Below, in pieces: positions 29,864 through 38,648 of a DNA stretch of 64,000 nt. The stretch lies in NCBI GenBank assembly GCA_050250895.1, contig JBFWNU010000012.1:32001-96000 (forward strand). Direction: 5' to 3'. Source of the stretch: Vulcanimicrobiota bacterium (lineage in GTDB: Bacteria > Vulcanimicrobiota > Xenobia > Xenobiales > JADMJV01). The notes beneath the pieces were generated by a model. It ran no database searches, had not been told where the DNA came from, and saw nothing but the letters and a program-made list of their open reading frames with translations. Numbering within the stretch: the first letter of the stretch is position 1; each line of letters starts with the position of its first letter. The position numbers were made by a program, and so were the translations under genes.

Positions 29864-29906
29864 ATGCTAACAAGCGGGCCGAGAAGGGATGTTGCCACTT
29901 TGTTAA
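29864..29906 (-). promoter_or_regulatory. Shared promoter motif copy 3 (TTAACA-N4-GGCAAC-N21-TAGCAT)
   Basis: Same geometry as the other three copies; overlaps the TPR gene stop codon. Confidence 0.65.
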
Positions 29907-31117
29907 ACTGGCGCTTCGGGGTCTTCTAAGGGGCTGTCCTCATCGGGCTCTGGTGAGGGGGGCTGGGGCGGAGCAGGCATGGGCAGGCACAGTTCTTCGG
30001 GGGCCAATTTCCAGACGCTGGCAAGCTCGCGAAAGCGCTCCCGCACCATCTGGAGATCTTCAGTGACGGCGGCCAGAAAGCGGTGGCGGGCCTGCAGCAG
30101 GTCGCCCTGTAAGAGCCGGCACTGACCGTAGCCGTAGCTGGCTTCGAACAGCTTCTCGAAGCGCTTGAGAGCCTCGCCGAAATAGGTTTCGGCCGCCGGC
30201 AGATGGCCCAGCAGCTGCTCGCTGCGACCCAGATAGTAGAATACGTAGGGGTTAGGACCATCGCGCTTCCACGAGTCGAGCAACAGCTCGGAGGCCTCCG
30301 CCAGACGATCCCGCAGGTAGGGCTCGGACTCTTTTGGCCGCGAAGAGAACAACAAGCTCTCGGCCAGGTGGAAAGCGCCCCGGAACATGTGAGGGTCCAG
30401 AGTGTGGGCTTTGCGCTGGTACTCGATGGCTTGCTCGCAGAGTTCGACGCGTTGCTCAGGGTCGCGTTGGCGCATCGCCTTTTCGAGGCGGCTCTGGCCG
30501 CGTCGCTGGCTGCCCATGGCTTGGAGCGAAGGAACGAAGTTCGCCAGGGCCTCGACCAGGCCCGGCTCCGCGAGAGTGGGGCGAGCTTCGAGTTCTTCCT
30601 CGCTGAGAGCCTCGCGGTAAAACAGTTGGGGAATGTCCCGGGGCAAGAGGGCCAGTTCGGTTTCCACCACCAGGCGGCCCAGCAGGGCGTTGCATGCGAT
30701 CAGTTCCGCAGGGTGGGCGCCCTCGACCAGACCCAGGTGGTGGCAAACCTCGCCGATGTTTTTGTCTTTGAGACTAAGAAAGGCTCGCAGGCAGGGCAGT
30801 TGCTGGTTGCGAGGCTCGAGTTGGGCGGCCCGCTCGACACTTGCTCGGGCTGCCTCGAGGTCGTCGAGGTCGGCCAGGGCCAGGCTCTTGAAGATGGGCG
30901 CGGCCGGGTTTTCGGGGGCCCGCTCGAGAGCTCGCTCGAAGTCTGCCAGGGCCTCTTCGGCTCGCCCTAGATCGAGATAAACCAGGCCGCGCTGCAGGCA
31001 GGGTCCCGGATGGTCCGCCAGGCCACTGACGGCCTCGGCGAACAGCTCCAAAGCCTGTTCGGGGTCGCCTCGACGGGCCAGGTTCTGGGCTCGAGCGAGC
31101 ACACTCCAGGTTGCCAT
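29903..31117 (-). CDS. Tetratricopeptide-repeat protein
   Basis: Several TPR units (RG.VY..LGR.EEALADFERAL..P; YYLG..LG..AE.YF). Confidence 0.85.
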   Translation of the reverse strand: MATWSVLARAQNLARRGDPEQALELFAEAVSGLADHPGPCLQRGLVYLDLGRAEEALADFERALERAPENPAAPIFKSLALADLDDLEAARASVERAAQLEPRNQQLPCLRAFLSLKDKNIGEVCHHLGLVEGAHPAELIACNALLGRLVVETELALLPRDIPQLFYREALSEEELEARPTLAEPGLVEALANFVPSLQAMGSQRRGQSRLEKAMRQRDPEQRVELCEQAIEYQRKAHTLDPHMFRGAFHLAESLLFSSRPKESEPYLRDRLAEASELLLDSWKRDGPNPYVFYYLGRSEQLLGHLPAAETYFGEALKRFEKLFEASYGYGQCRLLQGDLLQARHRFLAAVTEDLQMVRERFRELASVWKLAPEELCLPMPAPPQPPSPEPDEDSPLEDPEAPV

Positions 31118-31260
31118 GCTCTTAGGATGCCTCGTGGCAGCGAGAATTTCCTGGTTCAAGTTCTTTTCAGGGCGATGAAGTAGTCTCGACGGGTCGAGGG
31201 TTAGCACGCTTGTGAGACCAGCTGCAGAGGCTGATCGCAGTGGCCTGCTTTGGTGGCGTG

Positions 31261-31304
31261 TTAACATTTTGGCAATAAAGGTATGCAGACTTTCATGCTA
31301 GGAT
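31261..31304 (+). promoter_or_regulatory. Shared promoter motif copy 4 (TTAACA-N4-GGCAAT-N22-TAGGAT)
   Basis: -10 hexamer 9 nt before ATG 31314; no SD. Confidence 0.65.
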
Positions 31305-31313
31305 TAGGGCACT

Positions 31314-34300
31314 ATGGGCCAATTTGTGTCTCCGCTCGGAGCTCAGCTTAAAACTCCTCCCGTGGCCAAGGCTAACGGCACCCCGCGAAGAGAGGACAGC
31401 GACCAGGCACTTCCGGTCGAGAGCTTCGAAGCCAGCCAACCGCAACCCCAGGCCCGACCCGCCGAGACCGCTCGCGTGGCTCCTGAGCCCGAGCCCAGGG
31501 CAACCGAGACGTTTCTCGAGCGTCCCACGACGCCAGCGCAACCACCGAACACCCCCACCACCATTCCGGTGTTCGAGCAACCTGTTTCCGAAGAGGTCCA
31601 AGCCGTCACCGGCTCTGGCGGCGAGAGTTTGGCCGAGGTGGCCAAGCGCGTGGCCGCCGAAGTCGATCGAGCCGAGGCCGCCAAAGCCAGCCAGCCTACC
31701 GCCGCGACCACTTCCACCGAGCTTCCCAAGGCCGAGTCTGCCAAGCGGGCCGAACTGGCCTCGAACATTCGCACCCATCGCAGCGTCGGCAGCGCTCTGC
31801 TGCACTTCGTGACCGGTGACCCCCTCAAGGTTTACAAGAAAGAGCTCGATGCCATCAACAAGGCCGAGGCCATGGCTGCCAAGCTCACGACGCCGGCCGA
31901 ATTCCAGGCCAAAACGGCCGAGTTCAAGCAACGGCTGGCCAACGGCGAAACCCTCGAAGACCTGCGGGTCGAGGCCTACGCGGTGGCTCGCGAAGCCTGC
32001 AAGCAGGCCACCGGTATGCGGCCCTACGATTGTCAGATCGTGGGCGGTCTGGCCACCGACTCCGGCCGCATCGCCGAGATGGCGACCGGCGAGGGCAAGA
32101 CCCTGATGGCCGTCATGCCGCTCTACCTGAATGCTCTGGCCGGCAAGGGCGCCCATCTGGTCACGGTCAACGACACTCTGGCTGCTCGCGACGCCGAGTG
32201 GATGGGCCCTGCCTACAAGTTGCTCGGGGTTAGCGTGGGCACCGTGCTTGAAGGCATGACCCCCGAAGATAAACGAGCCGGCTACAACGCCGACATCACC
32301 TACACCACCGACCGCACCATCGGCTTTGATTATCTGCGCGACCGCACCGTTCGCAACCCTGCCCAGAGAGTGCAGCGCGAGCCCTTCTTCGCCCTCATTG
32401 ACGAGGTGGACGAGGTGCTGATCGACGAGGCTCGCACCCCACTCATCATTTCGGCTCAGGGTGAACCGGCCGCCGACGAGTATCGCACCTTCAGCGAGAT
32501 TGTCGACCACCTGACCCCGGGTGAAGACTTCTACGTCGACCGCAAGCAGCACTCGGCCTGGCTGAGCGAGACCGGTCTTGACAACGTCGAGAACGAACTG
32601 GCCTTGCGCCAGGCTCAAGCCACCTACAACCAGGCTGTGCAAGAGCACGGCGAGTCGTCGCCCCAGGCCACCGAGGCCAAACAGTGGATCGACAACGCCA
32701 CCAGGATGCGAGATGCTATCAAGGCGGAAGGGGCCGCCTACAAGGTCCACCAGGACTATCTCGAGAAGAAGCCTGGCTGGTTCAAGCGCATCTTCAACTT
32801 CGTCACCGGCAAGCAGGCCGAAGGCTACGACAAAGCCACCGAAAAAGAACTCAAGGCCAGCTACGAAGCGGCCAAAGACGCCCACGAAGAGCTCAAAGGC
32901 AGCTTCCCCGAGTATCAGCTCTATTCTGAGGATAACGCCGGTCGAGTGCGATTTCTCGACGCCAGCCTCAAAGCCCGCGCTCTGTTCACCGATGAAGACG
33001 ACTATATCGTCGAGAACGGCGAGGTCAAGATCGTCGACGAGAACAAGGGCCGCACCTCCGACGGGCGTCGCTACAACGATGGGCTGCACCAGGCTCTAGA
33101 GGCTCGCGAAGGGGTCGAGATCAAGCCCGAGCAACGGGCGGTGGCCTCGATCACCTATCCCAACCTGTTCAAGAAATACCCGCGGTTGGCCGGCATGAGC
33201 GGAACCGCCGCCACCTCGGCCGGCGAGTTCGAGAAGCTCTACGACCTTTCGGTGGTCCAGATTCCTACCAACTTGCAGTTCGAGACCAATCCGGCCGACC
33301 CGACCGCCGCTCCGCGCCACAACCGTATCGACGAGGCCGATGTCATCTATCCCTCGTTGAAAGCCAAGTTCGATGGCGTGGTCCAAGAGGCGGTCAAGAA
33401 TTTCGAAGAGGGCGTCCCGATTCTGATCGGAACGCTTTCGGTCAAGGCCAATAAGTATGTGGCCTATCAACTGGTCAAGGCCGGCGTGCCCAAAGACGCC
33501 ATCCAGGTGCTCAACGCCGAAAGCGTGCGCGGCGATAAGCAAGCCGAGAACGAGATCATCGAGAAGGCAGGCATTTCGGGCATGGTCACGGTGGCCACCA
33601 ATATGGCCGGCCGGGGCGCCAACATCAAGCCCGACCTGACCAACTACAAAAAGATCGCCATGGCGGCTATCGACGCCGCCAACGGCCAGAGCAAGCCCGT
33701 CATCGTGCACATGAAGAACGCCAAAGAGGCCCAGCGCCTGGCTGAGTGGCTCGACAACCGGGCTTCCTATGCAGTGGCCGACCAGCCTCAAGACGTGCTG
33801 CCCGGTCCCGGTCAGGTCTTGATCCGCGCCGGTCACGAGGGCCCGGTGCCCGAGGGTGCGACCCTGCTCGATTATCACGATTATCCCACCGGCGGTCTTT
33901 ACGTCATCGGCACCGAGCGAGCCAATTCGCGCCGCATCGACGATCAGTTGATCGGTCGCTCGGCCCGCCAGGGTGCGCCCGGCCGTAGCAAGTTCTTCCT
34001 CAGCCTGCAAGACGACCTCTTGCGCGTGTTCGGCGGCGAAAATCTGTCGCCGTTACTCGACCTTTTCGGTGACTCGTCCAAGGGAGTTCAATCGAATCTG
34101 GCCGACAAACTGGTGGCCCAGGCCCAGTCTCGGGTCGAGTCGATGCACTTCGAGGTGCGTGACAACACCACCAAATACGACGAGGTGCTCAACAAGCAAC
34201 GCGACACCTTTTATGCTTACCGCGACTCGATTCTGGGTCCGGCCCCGGGTCAGGAAGGCGAACAAGCCGACGTCAAAGGCCTGATGCTCAGTTACGCCGT

Positions 34301-34898
34301 CAACTCGATCACCGATGAGGTGCTCGAGCATCTACCCAAGCACCGCAATCAAACCCCCGAAGATGTCCGCAAGGCTCTGACCGAGGTTTCGGCCAAATAC
34401 AACTTCCCCCTCGAAGACCTCAATGTCTTCGGCAAGATCAAGACCTCTGAACTCGAGACCCAGGTGGCGAGCTACGTCGAAGACAAGGTGACTTCGGCGA
34501 TGGGTGTGTTCGAAGAGCACGGGCTCAAGCTCGAGGATGGAGCCCGAGTCGGCATGTTGACCATTCTCGACACCAACTGGACCGACCATCTCGAAATCAT
34601 GGAAGCGCTCAAGGATGGTATCCAGTGGGAGTCCATCGCCGGGCGCAAACCCGAGGATGCCTTCATCGAGCGAGGCTTCGAGGTCTTCAAAGAGATGATT
34701 ACCAATATCGAGCGCAGTTGCACCTCCCAACTGGTTTCTGAACTGTTGGCCGGCGCCGATATGATCAAAAAGGGTGTCATCAAGGTGCCACCCGTCCAGC
34801 GGCCGGCACCCCAGTCGGGCCTCACCCAGACCTGGGCGCGCGACGACGACGGCAAGATGCGAGCCGAGTGGAAGGCCGAGGGAGCCGCCACCCATTAG
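31314..34898 (+). CDS. secA: Atypical SecA-family translocase ATPase (probable accessory paralog)
   Basis: EMATGEGKT, DEVD..LIDEARTPLIIS, ATNMAGRG, RIDDQLIGRSARQG; long N-extension, PPXD insertion, no C-terminal CPCGSG Zn motif. Confidence 0.85.
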   Translation: MGQFVSPLGAQLKTPPVAKANGTPRREDSDQALPVESFEASQPQPQARPAETARVAPEPEPRATETFLERPTTPAQPPNTPTTIPVFEQPVSEEVQAVTGSGGESLAEVAKRVAAEVDRAEAAKASQPTAATTSTELPKAESAKRAELASNIRTHRSVGSALLHFVTGDPLKVYKKELDAINKAEAMAAKLTTPAEFQAKTAEFKQRLANGETLEDLRVEAYAVAREACKQATGMRPYDCQIVGGLATDSGRIAEMATGEGKTLMAVMPLYLNALAGKGAHLVTVNDTLAARDAEWMGPAYKLLGVSVGTVLEGMTPEDKRAGYNADITYTTDRTIGFDYLRDRTVRNPAQRVQREPFFALIDEVDEVLIDEARTPLIISAQGEPAADEYRTFSEIVDHLTPGEDFYVDRKQHSAWLSETGLDNVENELALRQAQATYNQAVQEHGESSPQATEAKQWIDNATRMRDAIKAEGAAYKVHQDYLEKKPGWFKRIFNFVTGKQAEGYDKATEKELKASYEAAKDAHEELKGSFPEYQLYSEDNAGRVRFLDASLKARALFTDEDDYIVENGEVKIVDENKGRTSDGRRYNDGLHQALEAREGVEIKPEQRAVASITYPNLFKKYPRLAGMSGTAATSAGEFEKLYDLSVVQIPTNLQFETNPADPTAAPRHNRIDEADVIYPSLKAKFDGVVQEAVKNFEEGVPILIGTLSVKANKYVAYQLVKAGVPKDAIQVLNAESVRGDKQAENEIIEKAGISGMVTVATNMAGRGANIKPDLTNYKKIAMAAIDAANGQSKPVIVHMKNAKEAQRLAEWLDNRASYAVADQPQDVLPGPGQVLIRAGHEGPVPEGATLLDYHDYPTGGLYVIGTERANSRRIDDQLIGRSARQGAPGRSKFFLSLQDDLLRVFGGENLSPLLDLFGDSSKGVQSNLADKLVAQAQSRVESMHFEVRDNTTKYDEVLNKQRDTFYAYRDSILGPAPGQEGEQADVKGLMLSYAVNSITDEVLEHLPKHRNQTPEDVRKALTEVSAKYNFPLEDLNVFGKIKTSELETQVASYVEDKVTSAMGVFEEHGLKLEDGARVGMLTILDTNWTDHLEIMEALKDGIQWESIAGRKPEDAFIERGFEVFKEMITNIERSCTSQLVSELLAGADMIKKGVIKVPPVQRPAPQSGLTQTWARDDDGKMRAEWKAEGAATH

Positions 34899-35301
34899 CA
34901 TCGTTTCCTCCGAGCAGGAGGGGTTCGCCGAGATCAACGTCACGCCCCTGACTGACGTGTTGTTGGTCCTGCTGATCATCTTCTTGATCACGGCCGGAGG
35001 ATTGACCGCGCCCCGCCATGGGGTGAAGGTACCGGAAGTGGTCACCCGCACCCAGGCCGAGAAGAGCATGGTGATCGTCGACATCACGGCCGATGGTCGT
35101 ATCTTTCTCGGCTCCGACGAACTCTCGCCGCGACTGCTCGAAGGGCGCCTGACCCTCGAGCAAGAGTTGCGCCAGACCGATCGGGTGGTCATTAACGCCG
35201 ATCAGGACACGGCCTACGCGGTGGTGTCCGAGGTCTTGCGGGCCGCGGATCGGGTCGGTTTGCACAAGATCTCGCTAGCCACCAGGCTGGTCAAGCCATG
35301 A
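34894..35301 (+). CDS. exbD: ExbD/TolR-family protein (probable ATT start)
   Basis: INVTPLTDVLLVLLIIF, INAD..Y..V; no nearby ATG/GTG/TTG in frame; SD GAGGGAG. Confidence 0.8.
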   Translation: MSIVSSEQEGFAEINVTPLTDVLLVLLIIFLITAGGLTAPRHGVKVPEVVTRTQAEKSMVIVDITADGRIFLGSDELSPRLLEGRLTLEQELRQTDRVVINADQDTAYAVVSEVLRAADRVGLHKISLATRLVKP

Positions 35302-35711
35302 GGCGCCGCCGCGGGGTCAGCCCCCCCGAGAGTGAACCGACCATGGCGGCCATCAACATCACGCCCTTGACCGATGTGCTCCTGGTCTTGTTGATTATCT
35401 TTCTGGTGGCTGCCACCGCCGCCCACCAGAACGTCTTCCAACTGGATCTCGCGGGTGAAGTCGCCAGTGTCGAGGTCTCGGACGCGAGGGTGGCGGTAGT
35501 GGGCATTCTGGCCGACGGTTCGCTGCGCCATGAGGGGCAGGCGTCGAGCCTGGAAGAACTGGCGGCTCGCCTAGGGTCTGATGAGCAGGTGGTGCTCGAG
35601 CCCGTGCCCGAGGCCCGTTATGGGCGCCTGGTCGAGGTGATGGATTGGCTCCGCAGCCGCGGCTTCGAGAAGGTTAGCCTGGCACAGGCACGCGAGGCTG
35701 AGTCCCGATGA
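35298..35711 (+). CDS. exbD: ExbD/TolR-family protein
   Basis: INITPLTDVLLVLLIIF; YG..V.VMD. Confidence 0.85.
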   Translation: MRRRRGVSPPESEPTMAAINITPLTDVLLVLLIIFLVAATAAHQNVFQLDLAGEVASVEVSDARVAVVGILADGSLRHEGQASSLEELAARLGSDEQVVLEPVPEARYGRLVEVMDWLRSRGFEKVSLAQAREAESR

Positions 35712-36057
35712 AATCGGCTAAAAGCTGAAATTCGGAAGGCGGCAGGCGATAGAAGTCGAGTTCGGTCAGATAGGTTCCGTCGGCCTGGGCTCTGCAGTCT
35801 ATCACGGTAGCGTCGACCTCGAAGGTGGGGATAGCGTCGTCTTCGATGTCGACCATCACGCCGATGACGGTGCCGCTCTCGATCGGCTCGGGCAGGAGCA
35901 CGGTGGCCCCGCTGACAGAGACATCACGGGCCTGGCATCGAAAACCGGGAAGCTCGGCGGAGATGATCGAGACCTGGGGGGGCGCGGGGGGGACTGGCTG
36001 ACGGCCGACCTCCTCTCGGGAGGTGCCGTGAATCATCTTCTTCAGCCAACCGAACAT
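35674..36057 (-). CDS. Single PilZ-like domain protein (no RxxxR seen)
   Basis: DVSVSG and PilZ beta-barrel pattern; amphipathic MFGWLKKMI start. Confidence 0.65.
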   Translation of the reverse strand: MFGWLKKMIHGTSREEVGRQPVPPAPPQVSIISAELPGFRCQARDVSVSGATVLLPEPIESGTVIGVMVDIEDDAIPTFEVDATVIDCRAQADGTYLTELDFYRLPPSEFQLLADFIGTQPRVPVPG

Positions 36058-36197
36058 ACCCCAATCATATCCATTCGAGCCGGGCGCGGGTAAGAACCGG
36101 GTATACTAGCGCCCCCCGGTAGGAAGTTACTAAGCAGAAATCGATCTTGTGTTCGCTTTTAGGCAGGGAGCCCCCATGTTGAAAAGAATTCGTGAGA

Positions 36198-37004
36198 ATG
36201 CGCCTCCTGCATGGAGATTGCCTCAAGTTGCTGCCGACCTTCGCTCCCGACAGCGTGGATGTAGTGGTCACTTCGCCACCCTATAACCTGGGCATCGGGT
36301 ATTCGCTCTATGACGACACGCTCGGCCGCGACGAGTATCTGGATTGGCTCAGCCAGTGGGCTCGAGAGATCCATCGAGTGCTCAAGCCGGATGGATCGCT
36401 CTTTCTCAACATCGGCGGCAAGCCTTCGGACCCCTGGGTCCCCTTCGAGGTGGCCGGCCGCATGCGCGAGGTCTTTAGCCTGCAAAACGTGATTCACTGG
36501 GTGAAATCGATCGCCATCGACAAACGTGACGTGGGCAATTACGGCAAGATTCAAGAGGACGTGGCCGTGGGGCACTACAAGCCGATCAACAGTCGCCGCT
36601 TTGTGAACGACTGCCACGAATATGTCTTCCACCTGACCAAGCGCGGAGATGTGAGCCTGGACCGTCTCTCGGTCGGCGTAGAATACCAGGACCGCTCTAA
36701 CGTATCTCGCTGGGCCCAGGCCGGCCAGGGGCGGCGCTGTCGTGGCAATACCTGGTTCGTGCCCTATCGTACCATCAAGTGGCGCGACCGTGACCGTCCC
36801 CACCCGGCCACCTTTCCCGTCGAGCTAGCCCGTAAGTGCATCCTGCTCCACGGCGTGGAACAGAACATGTTGGTGATGGACCCGTTTCTGGGCATCGGCC
36901 ACGCTGCTTTGGCGGCCCGCGAACTGGGCGTCGACTTCGTCGGCATCGAGATCGACCCCCACTATCTCGAAGTGGCCCGAGGGCTGTTGACCGAGGCCGT
37001 CTAG
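36198..37004 (+). CDS. Orphan beta-class amino DNA methyltransferase (N4-C/N6-A)
   Basis: TSPPY motif IV precedes HPATFP and MDPFLGIG motif I. Confidence 0.9.
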   Translation: MRLLHGDCLKLLPTFAPDSVDVVVTSPPYNLGIGYSLYDDTLGRDEYLDWLSQWAREIHRVLKPDGSLFLNIGGKPSDPWVPFEVAGRMREVFSLQNVIHWVKSIAIDKRDVGNYGKIQEDVAVGHYKPINSRRFVNDCHEYVFHLTKRGDVSLDRLSVGVEYQDRSNVSRWAQAGQGRRCRGNTWFVPYRTIKWRDRDRPHPATFPVELARKCILLHGVEQNMLVMDPFLGIGHAALAARELGVDFVGIEIDPHYLEVARGLLTEAV

Positions 37005-37042
37005 TTCAAGAATCTTTCAGCTCTTGCCGTTAGGCTAAGAGG

Positions 37043-38038
37043 GTGAAAGTGTCAGGCGATCTCTCGAAGCGGCTGCCGGGCTACAAGTCCGTCCTGGAGC
37101 GGCCCGTGGCCAAACCGCTTGACCGTTACGAACCTTCTCCTTCCATCGAGGTGCCTCTAGGGTCACCGCTGGCGGCCCTGATGGCTCGCAACGTGGCGCT
37201 GCAGTATTATAATCCCACCGCCGACGCCCGCGCCCAGGCGAGTTACTACCAGAATCTAGACCTGGGCGAGGATGCCCGGAGCGCTTTCGAGGCCCTCAGC
37301 GATCTCGTCTGCGACACCCACCACACCCTTCTTCCCTATGAGCCGCGGGGCCACAACTGGGTGCATCTGCGACCCAACCTTCGGCTCGAGCCGATCTACG
37401 GAGATGAACCGGTGCGCGCGGACTCTCCTTTGCGACTGGGTTTGCCGGTGTTGTCCAACAAGCGCCTCAAGCGTTCACCCGAGGCTCGCGAGAAGGCTCT
37501 GTCCCGGCTCGAAGCCGAGGGCCGGCAATGGGTAGCAGCCATCGGTGCCAGCCTGGACCCGGTCAGCGCCGCGCTGCGCATCGCCGAACTCGAGGCCAGG
37601 CGCTACTTCAACGTCGAGCATGTGGTGGCCAAATACTGGTTTGACAGCAACGACATCATGAAGGGCGATCTTCACCATCTCTTCCCCGAGGTCAAAGACC
37701 GCAATAGCTTCCGCGGCAACCTTCCCCTGGGCGAGCTGGACGGGGCCGGCGACGCGCGGGACTCGGACCACTTCGAGCCGGCCGCTGGCAAGGGGGCCGT
37801 GGCCCGGGCTACTCTCTACTTTCTGCTGCGTTACCCTCGCGCCATCGGGGGCGAAGGCGAGTATACCGCCGCCGATATCGACCAGTTGCTCGAGTGGCAC
37901 CGGGCCGACCCTCCGGACCTGTACGAGTTTCACCGTAACGCCGAGATCGAGAAGCTGCAGGGCAACCGGAACCCCTTCATCGATCACCCCGAATGGGCCG
38001 ACCGCGTCGACTTCGGACTGGGATTGGCCCGAGGCTGA
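37043..38038 (+). CDS. Endonuclease I (EndA/Bsn-like) nuclease without signal peptide
   Basis: NVEHVV..WF, DLHHLFP..NSFRGN, GAVARA.LY, QGNRNPFIDHPEW. Confidence 0.85.
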   Translation: MKVSGDLSKRLPGYKSVLERPVAKPLDRYEPSPSIEVPLGSPLAALMARNVALQYYNPTADARAQASYYQNLDLGEDARSAFEALSDLVCDTHHTLLPYEPRGHNWVHLRPNLRLEPIYGDEPVRADSPLRLGLPVLSNKRLKRSPEAREKALSRLEAEGRQWVAAIGASLDPVSAALRIAELEARRYFNVEHVVAKYWFDSNDIMKGDLHHLFPEVKDRNSFRGNLPLGELDGAGDARDSDHFEPAAGKGAVARATLYFLLRYPRAIGGEGEYTAADIDQLLEWHRADPPDLYEFHRNAEIEKLQGNRNPFIDHPEWADRVDFGLGLARG

Positions 38039-38129
38039 ACTATCCGCCCGTATAGGGGGGGCAGAACCGCACGAGCGAGGTTTGCCCGGCCGTCCTCCTT
38101 TAGTCTGGTATTAGACGAAAGGAGCGCGT

Positions 38130-38648
38130 ATGTTCACCAATATTCTGATCCCTCTCGACGGGACGTCGTTCGCCGAGGCGGAGATCCATCACGCTCTGGA
38201 ACTCCTCAAGGGAGTTGAACGGGCCCGCCTGATCCTCACCATGGCGATCTCGGGACCGGCCATTCCGGCCGTGCCTCCGCTACTGGTCAACTTCGACCAG
38301 ATACAGACGGCGGCTGACCGCGAACGCCTGCAGTGCACCGTCTATCTGCAGAAATTGATGGCGGATATCAAGACCCGCCGGCCCGAACTCACGCTTGGCT
38401 ATCGCCTGGCTATGGGGACCCCTCATCAGGTGATTACCCAGGTCGCCCGCGAGGAGGCGGTGGACCTGGTCATCATGGCTTCCCACGGCCGCTCCGGCCT
38501 GGAACGTCTGTTGAGCGGCAGTATTACCGAATCGGTCGTCCGCGAACTCGAGACCGCGGTGCTGGTGGTGCATCCCGAGAAAGCCGAGCCGGGCCAGCGC
38601 TCGCCTTCCTTTGCTGCGGCTGTCCGCGATAGCGAGAGGGCCGATTAA
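38130..38648 (+). CDS. Universal stress protein
   Basis: ILIPLDG, DLVIMASHGRSG..GS..E.V. Confidence 0.9.
   Translation: MFTNILIPLDGTSFAEAEIHHALELLKGVERARLILTMAISGPAIPAVPPLLVNFDQIQTAADRERLQCTVYLQKLMADIKTRRPELTLGYRLAMGTPHQVITQVAREEAVDLVIMASHGRSGLERLLSGSITESVVRELETAVLVVHPEKAEPGQRSPSFAAAVRDSERAD

Noticed and set aside
31293-33089. Long antisense ORFs (e.g. 598 aa opposite secA, 420 aa opposite glnS, 406 aa at 6438)
   Set aside because: Shadow ORFs expected from high-GC codon bias opposite well-supported genes
34774-34898. Programmed frameshift fusing SecA to ExbD
   Set aside because: No slippery sequence seen; SD plus ATT start is simpler and recurs at 59984
37006-37033. Sigma-28-like promoter TCAAG-N15-GCCGTTAG
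   Set aside because: Mismatches in both boxes, single instance, and better explained by the overlapping TAGGCT -10
36198-38038. Classical type II restriction-modification system
   Set aside because: The nuclease has endonuclease I motifs rather than a recognisable restriction-enzyme pattern
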